A stretch of DNA of 64,000 bases from Mobula birostris. Its lineage: Eukaryota. This document shows, piece by piece, positions 1-11,838 of the stretch. The DNA lies in contig NC_092383.1 of assembly GCF_030028105.1 (NCBI RefSeq), positions 87,935,921-87,999,920 on the forward strand, read 5' to 3'. Under the pieces are notes generated by a model. It searched no databases and was not told the origin of the DNA. It saw only the letters and a list, made by a program, of their open reading frames with translations. Made by a program: the position numbers and the translations under genes. The first letter of the stretch is position 1, and every line of letters begins with the position of its first letter.

Positions 1-3000
1 CTGCCTGCCATTTTGAAAAGGACCCATTAATCCCTACTCTTTGTTTCCTGTCTGCCAACCAATTTTCCATCCATGTCAGTACCCTACCCCCAATACCATT
101 TGCTCTAATTTTGCACACTAACCTCCTATGTGGGACCTTATTAAAGGCTTTCTGAAAGTCCAGGTACACTACATCCACTGGCTTTCCAATGTCCATTTTC
201 ATAGTTACATTCTCAAAAAATTCCAGAAGATCAGTCAAGCATGATTTCCCCTTCGTAAATCCATGCTGACTCGGACCTATCCTGCTACTGCTATCCAAAT
301 ATGTTGCTATTTCATCTTTTATAATTGATTCCAGCATCTTCCCCACCACTGATGTCAGACTAACTGGTCCATAATTGCCTGTTTTCTCTCTCCCTCCTTT
401 CTTAAAAAGTGGGATAACATTAGCTACCCTCCAATCCGCAGGAACTGATCCTGAATCTATAGAACATTGGAAAATGATTACCGATGTGTCCACGATTTCT
501 AGAGCCACCTCCTTAAGTACCCTGGGATGCAGAACATCAGGCCCTGGGGATTTATCAGCCTTCAGTCCCATCAGTCTACCCAACACCATTCTGTCCCTGA
601 TGTGAATTTCCTTCAGTTCCTCTGTTACCCTAGGTCCTCTGGCCACTATTACATCTGGGAGATTGTTTGTGTCTTCCCTAGTGAAGACAGATCCAAAGTA
701 CCTGTTCAGCTCGTCTGCCACTTCCTTGTTTCCCATAATAATTTCACCCGTTTCTGTCTTCAAGGGCCCAACTTTGGTCTTAACTAATTTTTTCCTCTTC
801 ACATACCTAAAGAAGCTTTTACTATCCTCCTTTACATTCTTGGCTAGCTTACCTTCGTACCTCATCTTTTACCCCCGTATTGCCTTTTCAGTTATCTTCT
901 GTTGCTCCTTAAAAGTCTCCCAATCCTCTGGTTTCCCACTCATCCTTGCTATGTTATACTTCCTCTCTTTTATTTTTATACTGTCCTTGACTTCCCTTGT
1001 CATCCACGGTCACCTCTTACTCCCCTTAGAATCTTTCTTCCTCTTTGAAATGAACTGATCCTGCACCTTCTGTATTATTCCTTGAAATACCTGCCATTGT
1101 TGTTCCACTGTCATCCCTGCTAGGGTATCTTTCCAGTCAACCTTGGCCAGCTCCTCCTTCATGGGTCCATAACTGTAATACTGACACCCAAGGTTGTTAA
1201 ACTGTAATACTGACACTTCCCATCTTCCCTTCTCCCTCTCAAATTGTAGATGAAAACTTATCATATTATGGTCACTACCTCCTAATGGATCCTTTACCTC
1301 GAGTTCCCTTATCAAACCTGGCTCATTACATAACACTAAATCCAGAATTGCCTTCTCCCTTGTAGGCTCTAATACAAGCTGCTCTAAGAATCCATCTCTG
1401 AGTCATTCCACAAACTCCCTTTCTTGGGGTCCAGTACCAACCTGATTTTCCCAGTCTACCTGCATGTTGAAATCCCCCATAACAACCATAGAATTACCTT
1501 TGCAACATGCCAATTTTAACCCTTGACTTAACTTGCACCCTATATCCAGGCTACCGTTTGGGGGCCTGTAGATAACTCCCATCAGGGTCTTTTTGCCCTT
1601 ACAGTTTCTCAGTTCTATCCATACTGACTCTACATCTCCTGATTCTATATCCCCCCTCGTAAGTGACTGAATTTCATTCCTCACCAACAGAGCCACCCCA
1701 CCCCCTCTGTCAACCTGTCTGTCCTTTTGATAGGATGTATATCGCTGAATATTCATTTCCCAGCCCTGGTCCTCTTGCAGCCATGTCTCTGTTATTCCCA
1801 CAACATCATACTTGCCAATTTCCAACTGAGCCTCAAGCTCATCCACTTTATTTCTTATACTCCATGCATTGATATATAATACTTTTAATCCACTTAAAGT
1901 AATACTTTTACTCCCCTCACCTTTCACATCGATTCCCATTGCACTTGGCCATACTCGATGATCCCTTCCTGAGCTTTCTGCCTCGTTAATTCTGTTGTCT
2001 TTCTTAACTTTTCTTATTCTCTCTTTCCCTCTATCTCCATTCTTATATTTCTAGTTCATCCCCTCCCCGCCACTACTTAGTTTAAACACACCCGTGTACC
2101 AGTGGCAAACCTGCCTGCCAGAACGCTGGTCCCCCGTCTGTTAAGATGCAACCCGACCCTTCTGTACAATTCATCCTTACCCCAAAACAGATCCCAGTGG
2201 TCCAACAACCTAAATCCCTGCTTCCCGCACCAGCTCCTCAGCCACACATTCAGATCTCCTATCTCCCTGTTGCTGCCCTCACCAGCACAAGGAACTGGAA
2301 GCAAACCAGAGATAACCACCCTGGAGGTCCTGCTTTTCAGCCTTCTTCCGAGTTCTCTGACGTCACGCTGCAAAATGTCTCTCCTCTTCTTCCCGATGTC
2401 ATTTGTGCCGACATGCACCACCACCTCCGGCGGATCACCTTCTCCCTTGAGGATGCCTTGCAATCGGTCCATGATGTCCTGGATCCTGGCACCAGGGAGG
2501 CAACGCACCATCCTTAAATCCCGCCTGTTGCCGCAGAAACCCCTTTCTATACCTCTCATTATGGAGTCCCCTACTACCACAGCTCTGCCTGACTTCTGTC
2601 TCCTCGGCTTTGCTGCAGCGCCGATTTTTGACTCGCAGACCTGTCCGCCTCTCAGACTGGCAATGTCTTCTGTCCCAACAGCTTCCAAGAGGGTGAACCT
2701 GTTTTCAAGAGGAATATCCCCCTGGGTCTCCTGTACTCCAAGCATCCATTCCTTCCTCATCGTCGCCCCTCCTCTCTCTTCCGGTATCTTCAGTGTAACA
2801 ATCTTGCTGCAAGTCCTGTCCAGAAAAATCTCTGTTTCCCTGATGAACCTGAGGTCATCCAGTTGCCTCTCCAGTGCCTCAACATGGTCCTTCAGGAGCT
2901 CAACCTGGACACACTTTCCACATTTGTAGCAGCCAGAGGCACCATCAGCATCCCTGACCTCCCACATCATGCAAGCATCACACTGAATCAGTTGACCTGT

Positions 3001-3311
3001 CATTTCTTCACCACTTCTCACCCTCTCCAACTGTGGCATAGTCTCCTCCCTCAGCCTCATCGCCGAAGACTCTCGAGTCAAAGACTCACACTTTTCTCAC
3101 AAGGCACTTCCCTCGACAAGGCTGCTCCCCGATATGCCGCTCCCCGAGAGCAAACCTTGATTATATTGGCTCATATTTTGACTAATTCATTTCACTTGTC
3201 ACACCTCGGCCAACCTCGAACGTTTGTGTTGCAGGCTGGTCCCGACCGGGTTTTAAATCAACCGCTCCTTCCCAGCCAATGCCCTCACTCACTCCTTCAA
3301 TTGTCGCATCT
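1..3311 (-). mobile_element. CR1 LINE, 5' portion: 5'UTR, ORF1, APE endonuclease and start of ORF2; runs off the left edge
   Basis: Minus-strand ORFs 1403-1939 (LYINAWSIRNK..VGITETW..GGGVALLV..VMGDFN, APE) and 1010-1336 (LGGSDH) lie downstream of ORF1 2077-3081. The element abuts Gypsy pol sequence at ~3312. Confidence 0.92.
2077..3081 (-). CDS. CR1 ORF1p: CxxC-CxxC zinc finger, coiled coil and SGNH/GDSL esterase domain; uninterrupted 334-codon frame
   Basis: QCDAC..CGKC; LERQLDDL heptads; VVVGDSIMRG (block I), HVGTND (block III), RVGLHLN (block V, Asp replaced by Val). Confidence 0.88.
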   Translation of the reverse strand: MTRESSAMRLREETMPQLERVRSGEEMTGQLIQCDACMMWEVRDADGASGCYKCGKCVQVELLKDHVEALERQLDDLRFIRETEIFLDRTCSKIVTLKIPEERGGATMRKEWMLGVQETQGDIPLENRFTLLEAVGTEDIASLRGGQVCESKIGAAAKPRRQKSGRAVVVGDSIMRGIERGFCGNRRDLRMVRCLPGARIQDIMDRLQGILKGEGDPPEVVVHVGTNDIGKKRRDILQRDVRELGRRLKSRTSRVVISGLLPVPCAGEGSNREIGDLNVWLRSWCGKQGFRLLDHWDLFWGKDELYRRVGLHLNRRGTSVLAGRFATGTRVCLN

Positions 3312-4044
3312 TCTCAGTCATCCTCCTTTTCCATTCCTCGGGTACTGGGAAGTCACCAAAGTTGAATGACTTTGCTGTTAACTTTCCCAAACCAGGAGAG
3401 TGTTCCTTACTGGTTTTCTCACTGGAAAACTAGACATTCCCATCGCAGGGAAAAGATGTGCCATTGGCATCCCATGTCTAAGGGTAACACTTCTCCGAGG
3501 TGTTCCTGACAATCACTGTCATCCTGTTTGCATGGACAGCCGAAGGTCTCTGCAGTTCACGTCTCACCAGCACTCCAGCAGGTGAGCATGACTCTTCTTC
3601 GTGATCCTCTACAGCATCCATCAGCAGGGTCTCACATCAGGCATTCCGGGGGACTTGGGGTTTCCAGTTGCTCCAGCTAGTTCTTCAGGTTTGGACTGGG
3701 TTTACGACACAATTACTCACTTATGCTCATCATCCCGCTTAGGAAGAACTTGTACTTTACCAAAGGCAGCTCTGAACACAGGGTGAGTGGACACGGTTTT
3801 CAAAAATTTCTGTCCATTTCTCTTTCTACATGCTCCCACAAGCCTTCTCACAATTAGAGTAATTGTTCCCACAACAATGGAAGCTTCCCCTTTATCAACC
3901 AGATCCTGGCAGACTGACACAGGGACATCAAAAGCCTCAGTTACTCCAACACCTGCTTCTGAAAATTGAACTTTCAACAATAAGTAACCATCGTTCAGGT
4001 AATCATCAGTACTAAGCCCCATAATCTCAAGGGAATCTCAATGG

Positions 4045-4436
4045 TCAGAAGACAAGGCATGTCATTAAAGACCCCTCACACCCTCTCCATGAATTGTTTG
4101 TTCTTCTGCCATCAGGCAAACGTTACAGGAGCATCAAAACTAAAGCCACAAGGCTACTAAACAGCTTCCTCCCACAGGAAGTCAGACTGCTAAGTAGCTG
4201 CTCTACCTGACTCTGCTTTGGACACTTTTAACTTGCACTGGACACTTATAACTTGATTTTAACTGACATGTGGCTGTTGTGTTTTACTATTTATTGTTAT
4301 GTTTATTATTTAGTATTGTGTTTGTTACGTTATGATTGCACTGCTCCTGGGAAACACTGTCTCATTCTGCCCTGCAGAGCTGATGTACGGTTAGAATGAC
4401 AATAAAGTTTTTTGAATCTTTGAATCTTGAATCTTA
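4045..4436 (+). mobile_element. 3' fragment of a Rex1/L2-like LINE with (TGAATCT)n tail, inserted in the left Gypsy copy only
   Basis: Encodes HPLHELFVLLPSGKRYRSIKTKATRLLNSFLPQ; ends TTTGAATCTTTGAATCTTGAATCTT; absent from the paralogous site near 59100. Confidence 0.75.
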
Positions 4437-5290
4437 AATGCATCAAATACTGGTTGTTGAAGGATCTCTAAAGTGACGTAATTTGAGAATCAGTATCCAG
4501 TATGGCTCTAACATAAATACTTTCAATCTATATGGATACATCAGAGCTTGATCCCACTAAATCATCAGGAACAGTGTTTTGCACTTTAATACTTGCCTTG
4601 ATACACTGATTAAAATGTATTCTCTCTGAGATGCCAGCACATTCCTTTACTGGGTCCCTGTGTAGTTTCTCCCCTCTTTGATTAACTGCTGCTGACTTAC
4701 TTTTCGAAGATTTTCCCATCACTGACAGTCTAGCTTGAAATATCCATCTTCTCCACTGCTGTAACAGAAAAGTCCAGTCGCCTCTCCATTCAAAGGCCCT
4801 TTTTTAGCAGCATTCCTCTGCTTGACACGTCCTACAGGTTTGTCGCGTTTCACAACAGACGCGTCACATTCAGCTGACACATTAGCAGGCATCCATCGAG
4901 TCTGCTCAGCTCGAAGGGTTTTCACCTCATTCCTCAAAAGCTCTATCTTTGCGGCATCTGGAGCCCTTTTAACAGCAGAGGCTGCCACTGAAGACACTTC
5001 TCTGCTTTTGGAAATACTCCACTTCTCAACCATGTTTTCCACCACTCTAACTTCTCTGAGTAACTCAGTAAAAGACAGAGGAGGGTTCAGCTTTTGAGTT
5101 ATTCGAATACATAAAGCAATCCTGTCATGTGACTGCATGCCCTCCTCAACTTGCTCCACCCTCAAGCAATTTCTTACAGGCAGTACAATGCCCCCTTTCT
5201 GGCACAAACATGGCCACAGTTTCTCCAACCTGAAAAGGTAAGCAGACAACGACTCCCCTTCCTCCTGGAATGTGTGCCTAAACTTCATCC

Positions 5291-6038
5291 TGTTACGCAC
5301 CAGCAGCAATAGATATGAAATTGAGTCGGGTTTTTATTAATAAACAATGAAATTTATTAACCTCTACTCAAAAACATAGAAAAGTAAACAAACAACTAAA
5401 CGAAACAGAGATTAACAGTGTTATGCGTCTATAGTTATCAAACAGTCGAACTTAGAGACAATTCTTAACAGATCTTACTCAAACACAGTCTTAAGGTGGT
5501 AGTTCAAAGAGTCCAAGTGATTTATGAAATAAGCGAGAGGAGAGACTTCCGGAACCAGCGATGAAGAAAAGACAAAACTGCTGACGCAGATGCCAGCTGA
5601 GATATGCCTTGTCTGAAGAGATCACACAGAATAAGATTTCTCACAGTAACTGACCTTTCGCCAGAGGTGGTCACCACACGACACCCGAGACCATGCAGGG
5701 GTTAACCAAAATTGTGTGCCACAATACCCGTATGGACCATACCAACTGTCAGTCATGTTCAAGGCACACAGAACACCATTGTTTTCTACCCAACTCTTGG
5801 GGTTTTTACGAAGTTGGCAATTTTTCACTCTCTCTCTCTCCTTCTACGAATACCTAACCACCCACTGTGACTCCCCAACAAATAAACTACGCAACAAACT
5901 GCGGTCTCCCTTTTTATACCGGTTGGAACATGCCATCACGTGATATCACATCACCCTACTATCATGAGTCAATTACATCATGTCAATATCACGAGACAAT
6001 TACATCATGCTCACGAGATACTCACGGGACAGGTAACG
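5291..6038 (-). mobile_element. Solo LTR with 4-bp TSD (ATCC)
   Basis: Termini TGTTAC(5291)..GGTAAC(G)(6038); ATCC at 5287-5290 and 6039-6042; minus-strand TATAAAAA near 5910 and AATAAA near 5355; absent from the right copy (~59940). Confidence 0.75.
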
Positions 6039-6802
6039 ATCCTAAGATCAACTGCACTTTCAGCTGTGTCAAAAGCATCTTCCAGAGCTTGCAGGGAATT
6101 AGCTGAAGTGGCTAATGGGTTTTCTGCCTTTAGGAAAATTCACTATATCACCCACCAGAACCTTTAAACTCTCTACCAGACTCAGTTTCTTCACACTATC
6201 TGAGCACTGTCATAAAACCAGTGACTGAGATCTGCTCAGCCCAAGTCTCATGGTCGTCTTCCCCATCGGGTGTGGGCTTAACTCCAGAGAACATTCTAAG
6301 CCTACGATAACTTCTGCTCTCCACAAGTACACTTTGGCATTCATCAACCAGTGATGTAACAGGCAAAACCAACTCGGAGCTTAAATCAACTGCTGGAGGA
6401 CTTGATAGACTTCTCACATCAGACAACTCCTTTCACTCACTTCACAGAGCGAGAACAACTTATCCTTAAAGTCTTCACCCTCGGCTACGTTCCCACCTTC
6501 TCTAAAACTATGGACTGTCCATGGCCCCACCCCTCCAGGTGTCCCTATCCTATCGGGAAGCTCAACATCAGTCATGTCACTGGTAGCCTGGTCTATCATG
6601 ACATCCTTACCAGCTGATTGGACAAAATACCATTCAATCAGCGTATCTTTTCTCAGTACTTTTACAGAACTCAGCACCCTCAGTAGCAGTTCATTTGGAA
6701 TTCAAATATCAGAATACAAGCATTATTAGCGCATAATCTCTTCAAATCTCAGCAAACCTTAATCCCCACAGCACGCATATTAAAGTAACTTCATTACGAC
6801 AC

Positions 6803-7028
6803 ACAACACACATCAAAGTTGCTGCCCAGGCAGCATCTCTAGGAAGAGGTACAGTCGACGTTTCGGGCCGAGACTCTTTGTCAGGACTGAAGGATCTGAC
6901 GAAGGGTCTCGGTCCGAAACATCAACTGTACCTCTTCCTAGAGATGCAGCCTGGCTTGCTGCATTCACCAGCAACTTTGATGTGTGTTGCTTGAATTTCC
7001 AGCATCTGCAGAATTCCTCCTGTTTGCT
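6803..7028. mobile_element. Palindromic Penelope-derived short retroposon with two inverted hammerhead-like motifs and a 13-bp TSD
   Basis: Arms CAACACACATCAAAGTTGCTG / CAGCAACTTTGATGTGTGTTG; TSD TTCATTA(C/T)GACAC at 6790-6802 and 7029-7041; empty site in the right copy near 60705. Confidence 0.75.
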
Positions 7029-7123
7029 TTCATTATGACACATGCCACTTCCCCCAACACCAGCTTAAACACACAAATAAACCGCTTAATCTATCCTAAA
7101 ACAGCATTCACACAGTGTCCGAC

Positions 7124-7142
7124 ATCTGGGACGAGCACCCCA
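7124..7142 (-). other. Degenerate tRNA-Pro primer binding site; same sequence at 60794-60812
   Basis: Minus strand TGGGGTGCTCGTCCCAGAT, 4 nt from the LTR end. Canonical PBS-Pro is TGGGGGCTCGTCCGGGAT (1 insertion, 2 mismatches). Confidence 0.65.
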
Positions 7143-7937
7143 CAAATGTAACCCTCTCACCGGGGCTCATGCACCAACTTGGCATGTTATCTAATTCTGC
7201 TAACAGCCATGTGACTCAGCGGTGTGAAGTCTGCCTTTCATAAGCAATATATGTCAAGGGTCTGTATGATTTGGTGTTCGACCAAACAGGAACGCTGGGA
7301 TGTTCCAATTAAAAGAATCCCAATTTGAATGAATGAGTGTAAACACTGCCCATGCCTAGAAATAACACATCGTACACCAGCAGTGTATATACCAAATTTA
7401 AAGTTAAAAAAAGAAAAAAGAAAAGGGCCTATTACAGTTAAACCAGTCCAATGTGCACATTAATATTGGAACTCATTTCTGGACTAGTCAAGGGTGTATC
7501 ACTTTACTCAGGTGCTGGACCCACGGTCTGCATGAAAGCAACTGCCATCGTCCATATTTCCCTCAAAGACTATCTCAAATGAACTGGCTCTCTTATGAGT
7601 ATTGGCCTTTCCCCTTTGGAGCCATTCATCTGCACAAAGCACTTCTTGCAACGGGGAGAATGCTTCCAACAGCTATTCTGAGGCATCTTCCCTTCCGTGC
7701 CGCTTTGTAGTTCCCACCTTGATGGACCCAAAACAAGACTACTGTCCTTCAGAAATCGCTTTCTGCCCAGCTCTCTAGAACCTTCACTAAATCCCACAAA
7801 CCTACAACATTCCTAAATTGGACAACATTGTTCCTTATCTTTAGCCAAAGCCAAAACACTTACCAGAAGGACACACTCTTACCAGGTTTTTAGAAAAATG
7901 CTAAAGTAAGTTACCTCCCAGGATAGCAGTAGAAATC

Positions 7938-8934
7938 ATGGCTAATCCTTTATTCCCCTCCTCAGCCCCACTACCCAGCCTTCTCTCCAAAACCTATGAT
8001 GCCATGTTCATTCACATATCAAGCTCTACCTTAATTATACCCAATGGCCTGGCCTCAACAGCTGCCTGTGGTAATAAATTCCACAAATTCACCACCATCT
8101 GGCTAAAGAAATTTCTCCGCATTTTTGTTTTAAATACATGCTCTTCACTCTTAAGGAATTAGCCTCTATTCCTAGATTCCCCCACCATGGGAAACTCTGT
8201 CTAGGCCTTTCAACATTTGAAAGGTTCCAATCAGATTCCCCTCATCCTTCTAAGTTCCAGCAAGTACAGACAAACAGCTATCAAACATTCCTTGTATGAT
8301 AAGCCGTTCATTCCCAGAATCATTCCTGTGAATCTCCTCTGAACCATCTCCAATGCCAACACATCCTTTTGTAGATGAGGAGTCCAAAACTGTTCACAAT
8401 ACTCCAGGTGAGGCCTCACCAGTGCCTTAGAAAGCCTCAGCATCACATCCTTGCTCTTGTATTCTAGACCTCTTGAAATGAATGCTAACATTGCATTTGC
8501 CTTCCTCACCACCAACTCTTCCTGCAAGTTAACCTTTAGGTTGTCCTGCACAAGGACTCCCAAGTCCCTTTGCATCTCAGATTTTTGGATTTTCTCCCCA
8601 TTTAGAAAATAGTCCGCATATTTATTTCTTCCAGCAAGGTGTGTGACCATGCGTTTTCCAACATTGTATTTCATTTGCCACTCTCTTGCCCATTCTCCTA
8701 ATCTGTCTAAGTCCTTCTGCAGCCTATCTACTTCCTCAACACTACCTGCCCCTACACCAGTCTTCGTATCATCCGCAATCTTGGCAAAAAGCTATCTATT
8801 CCATCATCTAAATCATTGATATACTGCATAAGAAGAAGCTGTGCCAACACCAACCCCCACTGAACATCACCAGTCTTAGGCAGCCAACGAGAAAAGGATC
8901 CTTTTATTCCCATTCGCCGCGTCCTATCAATCAG
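7938..8934 (-). mobile_element. CR1 LINE 3' fragment (RT C-terminus)
   Basis: ORF 8231-8674 (RDLGVLV..KANAMLAFISRG..LVRPHLEYC..QRRFTGMI); same junctions in the copy at 61874-62863. Confidence 0.9.
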
Positions 8935-9640
8935 TCACAACATCACACCTGACAATCTACAACAGTGCACAAGATCATCCACCTGATTTCTTATTTTTTT
9001 TTCTCTGGAGCCTTGCTTTTTAGGCTCTGCCTGTATACAGCGAGGAAGAGGACAGTTTACCAAAATGCAGTCTGGGCAAGGAACTGCAGGCATTCATTAA
9101 CATAGTGCAGCAGCAGTCTGGAATGTAGGGACCTCTGGTGCTACAGATTATATGGTGGTGGTAACCGAGCAAGGTATTCTTCAAACAGGGCTGGTTGAAG
9201 TCTCCAGCTACAATTTGAAATGTGTCAGGATGGGCTGTTTCTTGTCTGCAGATGCCATGCAGTGTTGTGAGTGCTTGCTTATTGTCGGCCACCGGTGGTA
9301 CATGAGCTGCTGTCAGAAGATTGGTCTGCAATTGATCTTTAGGTGTTCCAAGACGAGAATACGAGAATACACTTGTTTGACAGAATCGCCACGTCAGAGC
9401 AATGACAAGGACTGATCATAAAACTCACGCCTCCACCCTTTGCCTTACGTGAGTCCACACTTCGGTCCATTCTGTTAATCGTAAATGCTTCTGGGCTGAC
9501 TGCTGCAGCTGGCCTGTCCAAGTTCCGATACAACAAACAATTGAGATTTTTCTCATCTCTGATATAGCAGTCTTGACTCAGATCCTCCAGTTTTGTTCTC
9601 CAGCGACCACACATTGGTCAGCAAGATCCTCACTGTTGCA
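8935..9640 (-). mobile_element. Rex1/Babar-like LINE endonuclease fragment
   Basis: IVAGDFNQ..HHHIICSTRGP..LHFGK and RMDRSVDSRKAKGGGVSFMI in ORFs 9020-9331 and 9339-9614. Confidence 0.75.
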
Positions 9641-10749
9641 ATAGACAATAGACAATAGGTGCAGGAGTAGGCCGTTCGGCCCTTCGGCCCTTCGAGCCAG
9701 CACTGTCATTCACTGTGATCATGGCTAATCATCCACAATCAGTACCCCTCTCCTGCCTTCTCCCAATGTCCCTTGACTCTGCTATCATTAAGAGGTCTAT
9801 CTAACTTTCTTGAAAGTATCCAGAGAATTGCCTTCCACTTTATTTTCTGCACTGCACTTTCTCTGGAACTGTAATGAGTTATTCTGCAAAATGTTAAAGC
9901 GTTTCATTCCCTCAATGCAATGCGTGAATGAAATGATCTGTGCAGATGGAATGCAAAAGAAAGTCTTTTTTTCACAATGCCTCGGTACATGTGACAATAA
10001 AAAAGCTAATTTCAGCATCGAATCTTATCCAAACGTAACTCCAGATCTGCAACAATGTGCATGGCCCTTTCAATCTGTCCTTCACGATGCCACAGGTAGT
10101 TTTATAATCACCACCACATAGAAACATAGAAAACCTACAGCACAATACAGGCCCTTCGGCCCACAATGCTGTGCCGAACATGTACATACTTTAGAAATTA
10201 CCTAGGGATACCCATAGCCCTCTATTTTTCTTGCACAACTGCCAGAGGACTACACAAAATATCCAAAATACCAGCTGCACAAGCATCAATTTTATGTGTT
10301 TAGCACCTAAAAGCTTTCTTCCACTTTAATAGATGTGAATATGAAAAATAAATTTCGAATAATAGATTGAAAAAATATGTTTGCAGTTCAAGCCTCTGAG
10401 GTAGTTCCTGTTGTGTGCAGCATCCTTTCTCTGTGAATGTGTTGACTTTCAGATGAACTGTCAAGCATCAGTCAGCAAGAGTTAATGTGCTCAAAATGGA
10501 ACTTGGTTAACATGACCACAGCAAGTTGTGAAACAGGGTGTATGTCAATGCCTTGTATTCTATGCCGTGTTGCAAGGATATTTGTTAATTTGTGAGGAAG
10601 TGAGAGACCCAGCCCAGGAGATAGAAGCTTGAGGTCTATGAGCCAATCTCAATAGAACAGAAATAGAGAGGGCCTGGAGTTTTAAATTCTTTGGTGTCAA
10701 CAAGAGCACCAAGTGAAGAGTGGCGCACTAGCAATGAAGGGCGGCATGG

Positions 10750-11420
10750 TAACAAAACCATAAGACTAATTTCAGCATCTAAAACCATAAGGGCAGAATT
10801 AGGCCATTTGGCCCATCAAGATTGCTCTACCATTTCATCATGGCTGATCCATTATTCCTCTCAACCCCAATCTCCTGCCTTCTCCCCATATCTCTTCATG
10901 CCCTGACCAATCAAGAATCTATCAACTGTGGCAACAATTCCACAGATTCACCACCCTCTGGCTAAAGAATTTCCTGCTCTTCCTCATTCTAAAAGGACAC
11001 CCCTCTACTCTAAGGCTGTAACTTCTGGTCTTAGATGCTCTCACCATAGGAAACATCCTCTTCACATCAACTCTATCGAAACTTTTAAATATTTGATAGA
11101 CTTCAATTAGGTCACCCCTCATTCTTCTGAATTCCAGTGAATACAGGCCCTGAGCCATCAAACACTCTTCATATGAATTGAGGTCACTTTATTTCTTACT
11201 TCCTCCACATACATGAGGAGTAAAAATCTTTACATTATAGCAAGCTGGTCAATCCTGGAATCATTTTTGTGAACCACCTTAGAACCCTCTACAGTTTCAG
11301 CACATTCTTTTGAGGATAAGGGGCTCACATTTCGCCAAGTGAGGCCTCGCCAGTGCTTTATAAAGTCTCAACATTACATCCTTCCTTTTATATTCCAGTC
11401 CTCTTGAAATGAATGTTGAC
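10750..11420 (-). mobile_element. CR1 LINE 3' fragment
   Basis: ORF 10922-11161 (GLYSLEFRRMRGDLIEVYQI..FFSQRVVNLWN); CCATAAG-type tail near 10757-10790. Confidence 0.85.
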
Positions 11421-11744
11421 ATTGCATGTAGCAATTTGTGTAACACTATATGATGCCAGTGATCTGCTTTCAATTCCTGCCGCTGTCAGTAAGGAGTTTA
11501 TATGTTTTCCCCATAACCAATCGGGTTTCCTCTGGGTGCTCCAGCTTCCTCCCACAGTTCATAGATGTACGAGTTAGGGTTTGTAAGTTGTGGGCATGCA
11601 ATATTGGTGCCGGATATATGGTGTGACCTGCAGGCTGCCCCCAGCACATCCTTGGACTGCGGTAGGAATGGGCGATCAGTACAAATTGGTGATGCTCTCT
11701 TCAGAATCCAAGACCCATCACTGGAATACTGAATTTCTCTTCAG

Positions 11745-11838
11745 TAATGTTACTCAACGTGAATTCAAGTTTGTATATTCGTATACACGGATAGACAGCA
11801 CACAGCTACTAAATTATAAAGTGGTTGCTCTTCACTGA
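11745..11838 (+). CDS. Candidate orphan terminal cytoplasmic exon of an upstream receptor paralog (..FVYSYTRIDSTQLLNYKVVALH*)
   Basis: Acceptor GAATTTCTCTTCAG|T, phase 2; ITIM LNYKVV; YxxI-x7-YxxV spacing; ATTAAA near 11897 and 11922; lies in non-repeat sequence. Confidence 0.4.

Larger units (their letters stand above)
3312..7937 (-). mobile_element. Degenerate Gypsy LTR retrotransposon with PNMA-like gag (left copy): 5' LTR 7147-7937, PBS, gag, zinc knuckle, protease/pol fragment
   Basis: ORFs 6196-6426 (LRMFSGVKPTPDGEDDHETWAEQ), 4719-5309 (FRHTFQEEGESLSAYLFRLEK; CYSSGEDGYFKLDC knuckle) and 3717-4022 (protease region). The LTR ends ..GAGAGGGTTACA on the minus strand at 7147. Confidence 0.85.

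Noticed and set aside
1171-1216. 17-bp direct repeat AACTGTAATACTGACAC spaced 29 bp apart
   Set aside because: Only two copies inside CR1 ORF2; a local duplication or repair scar, not an array or CRISPR.
2102-2929. Long plus-strand ORFs (275 aa and others) and similar antisense ORFs across the window
   Set aside because: Shadow frames opposite TE coding sequence with no domain features.
4719-6426. Domesticated PNMA-like host gene (also 59400-60325)
   Set aside because: Frameshifted, split by a solo LTR, and flanked by LTR, PBS and pol remnants; it is retrotransposon gag. PNMA domestication is known from mammals.
10453-10539. Possible exon after GACTTTCAG in unique sequence
   Set aside because: Open only in phase 1, no recognisable motif and ambiguous donor.
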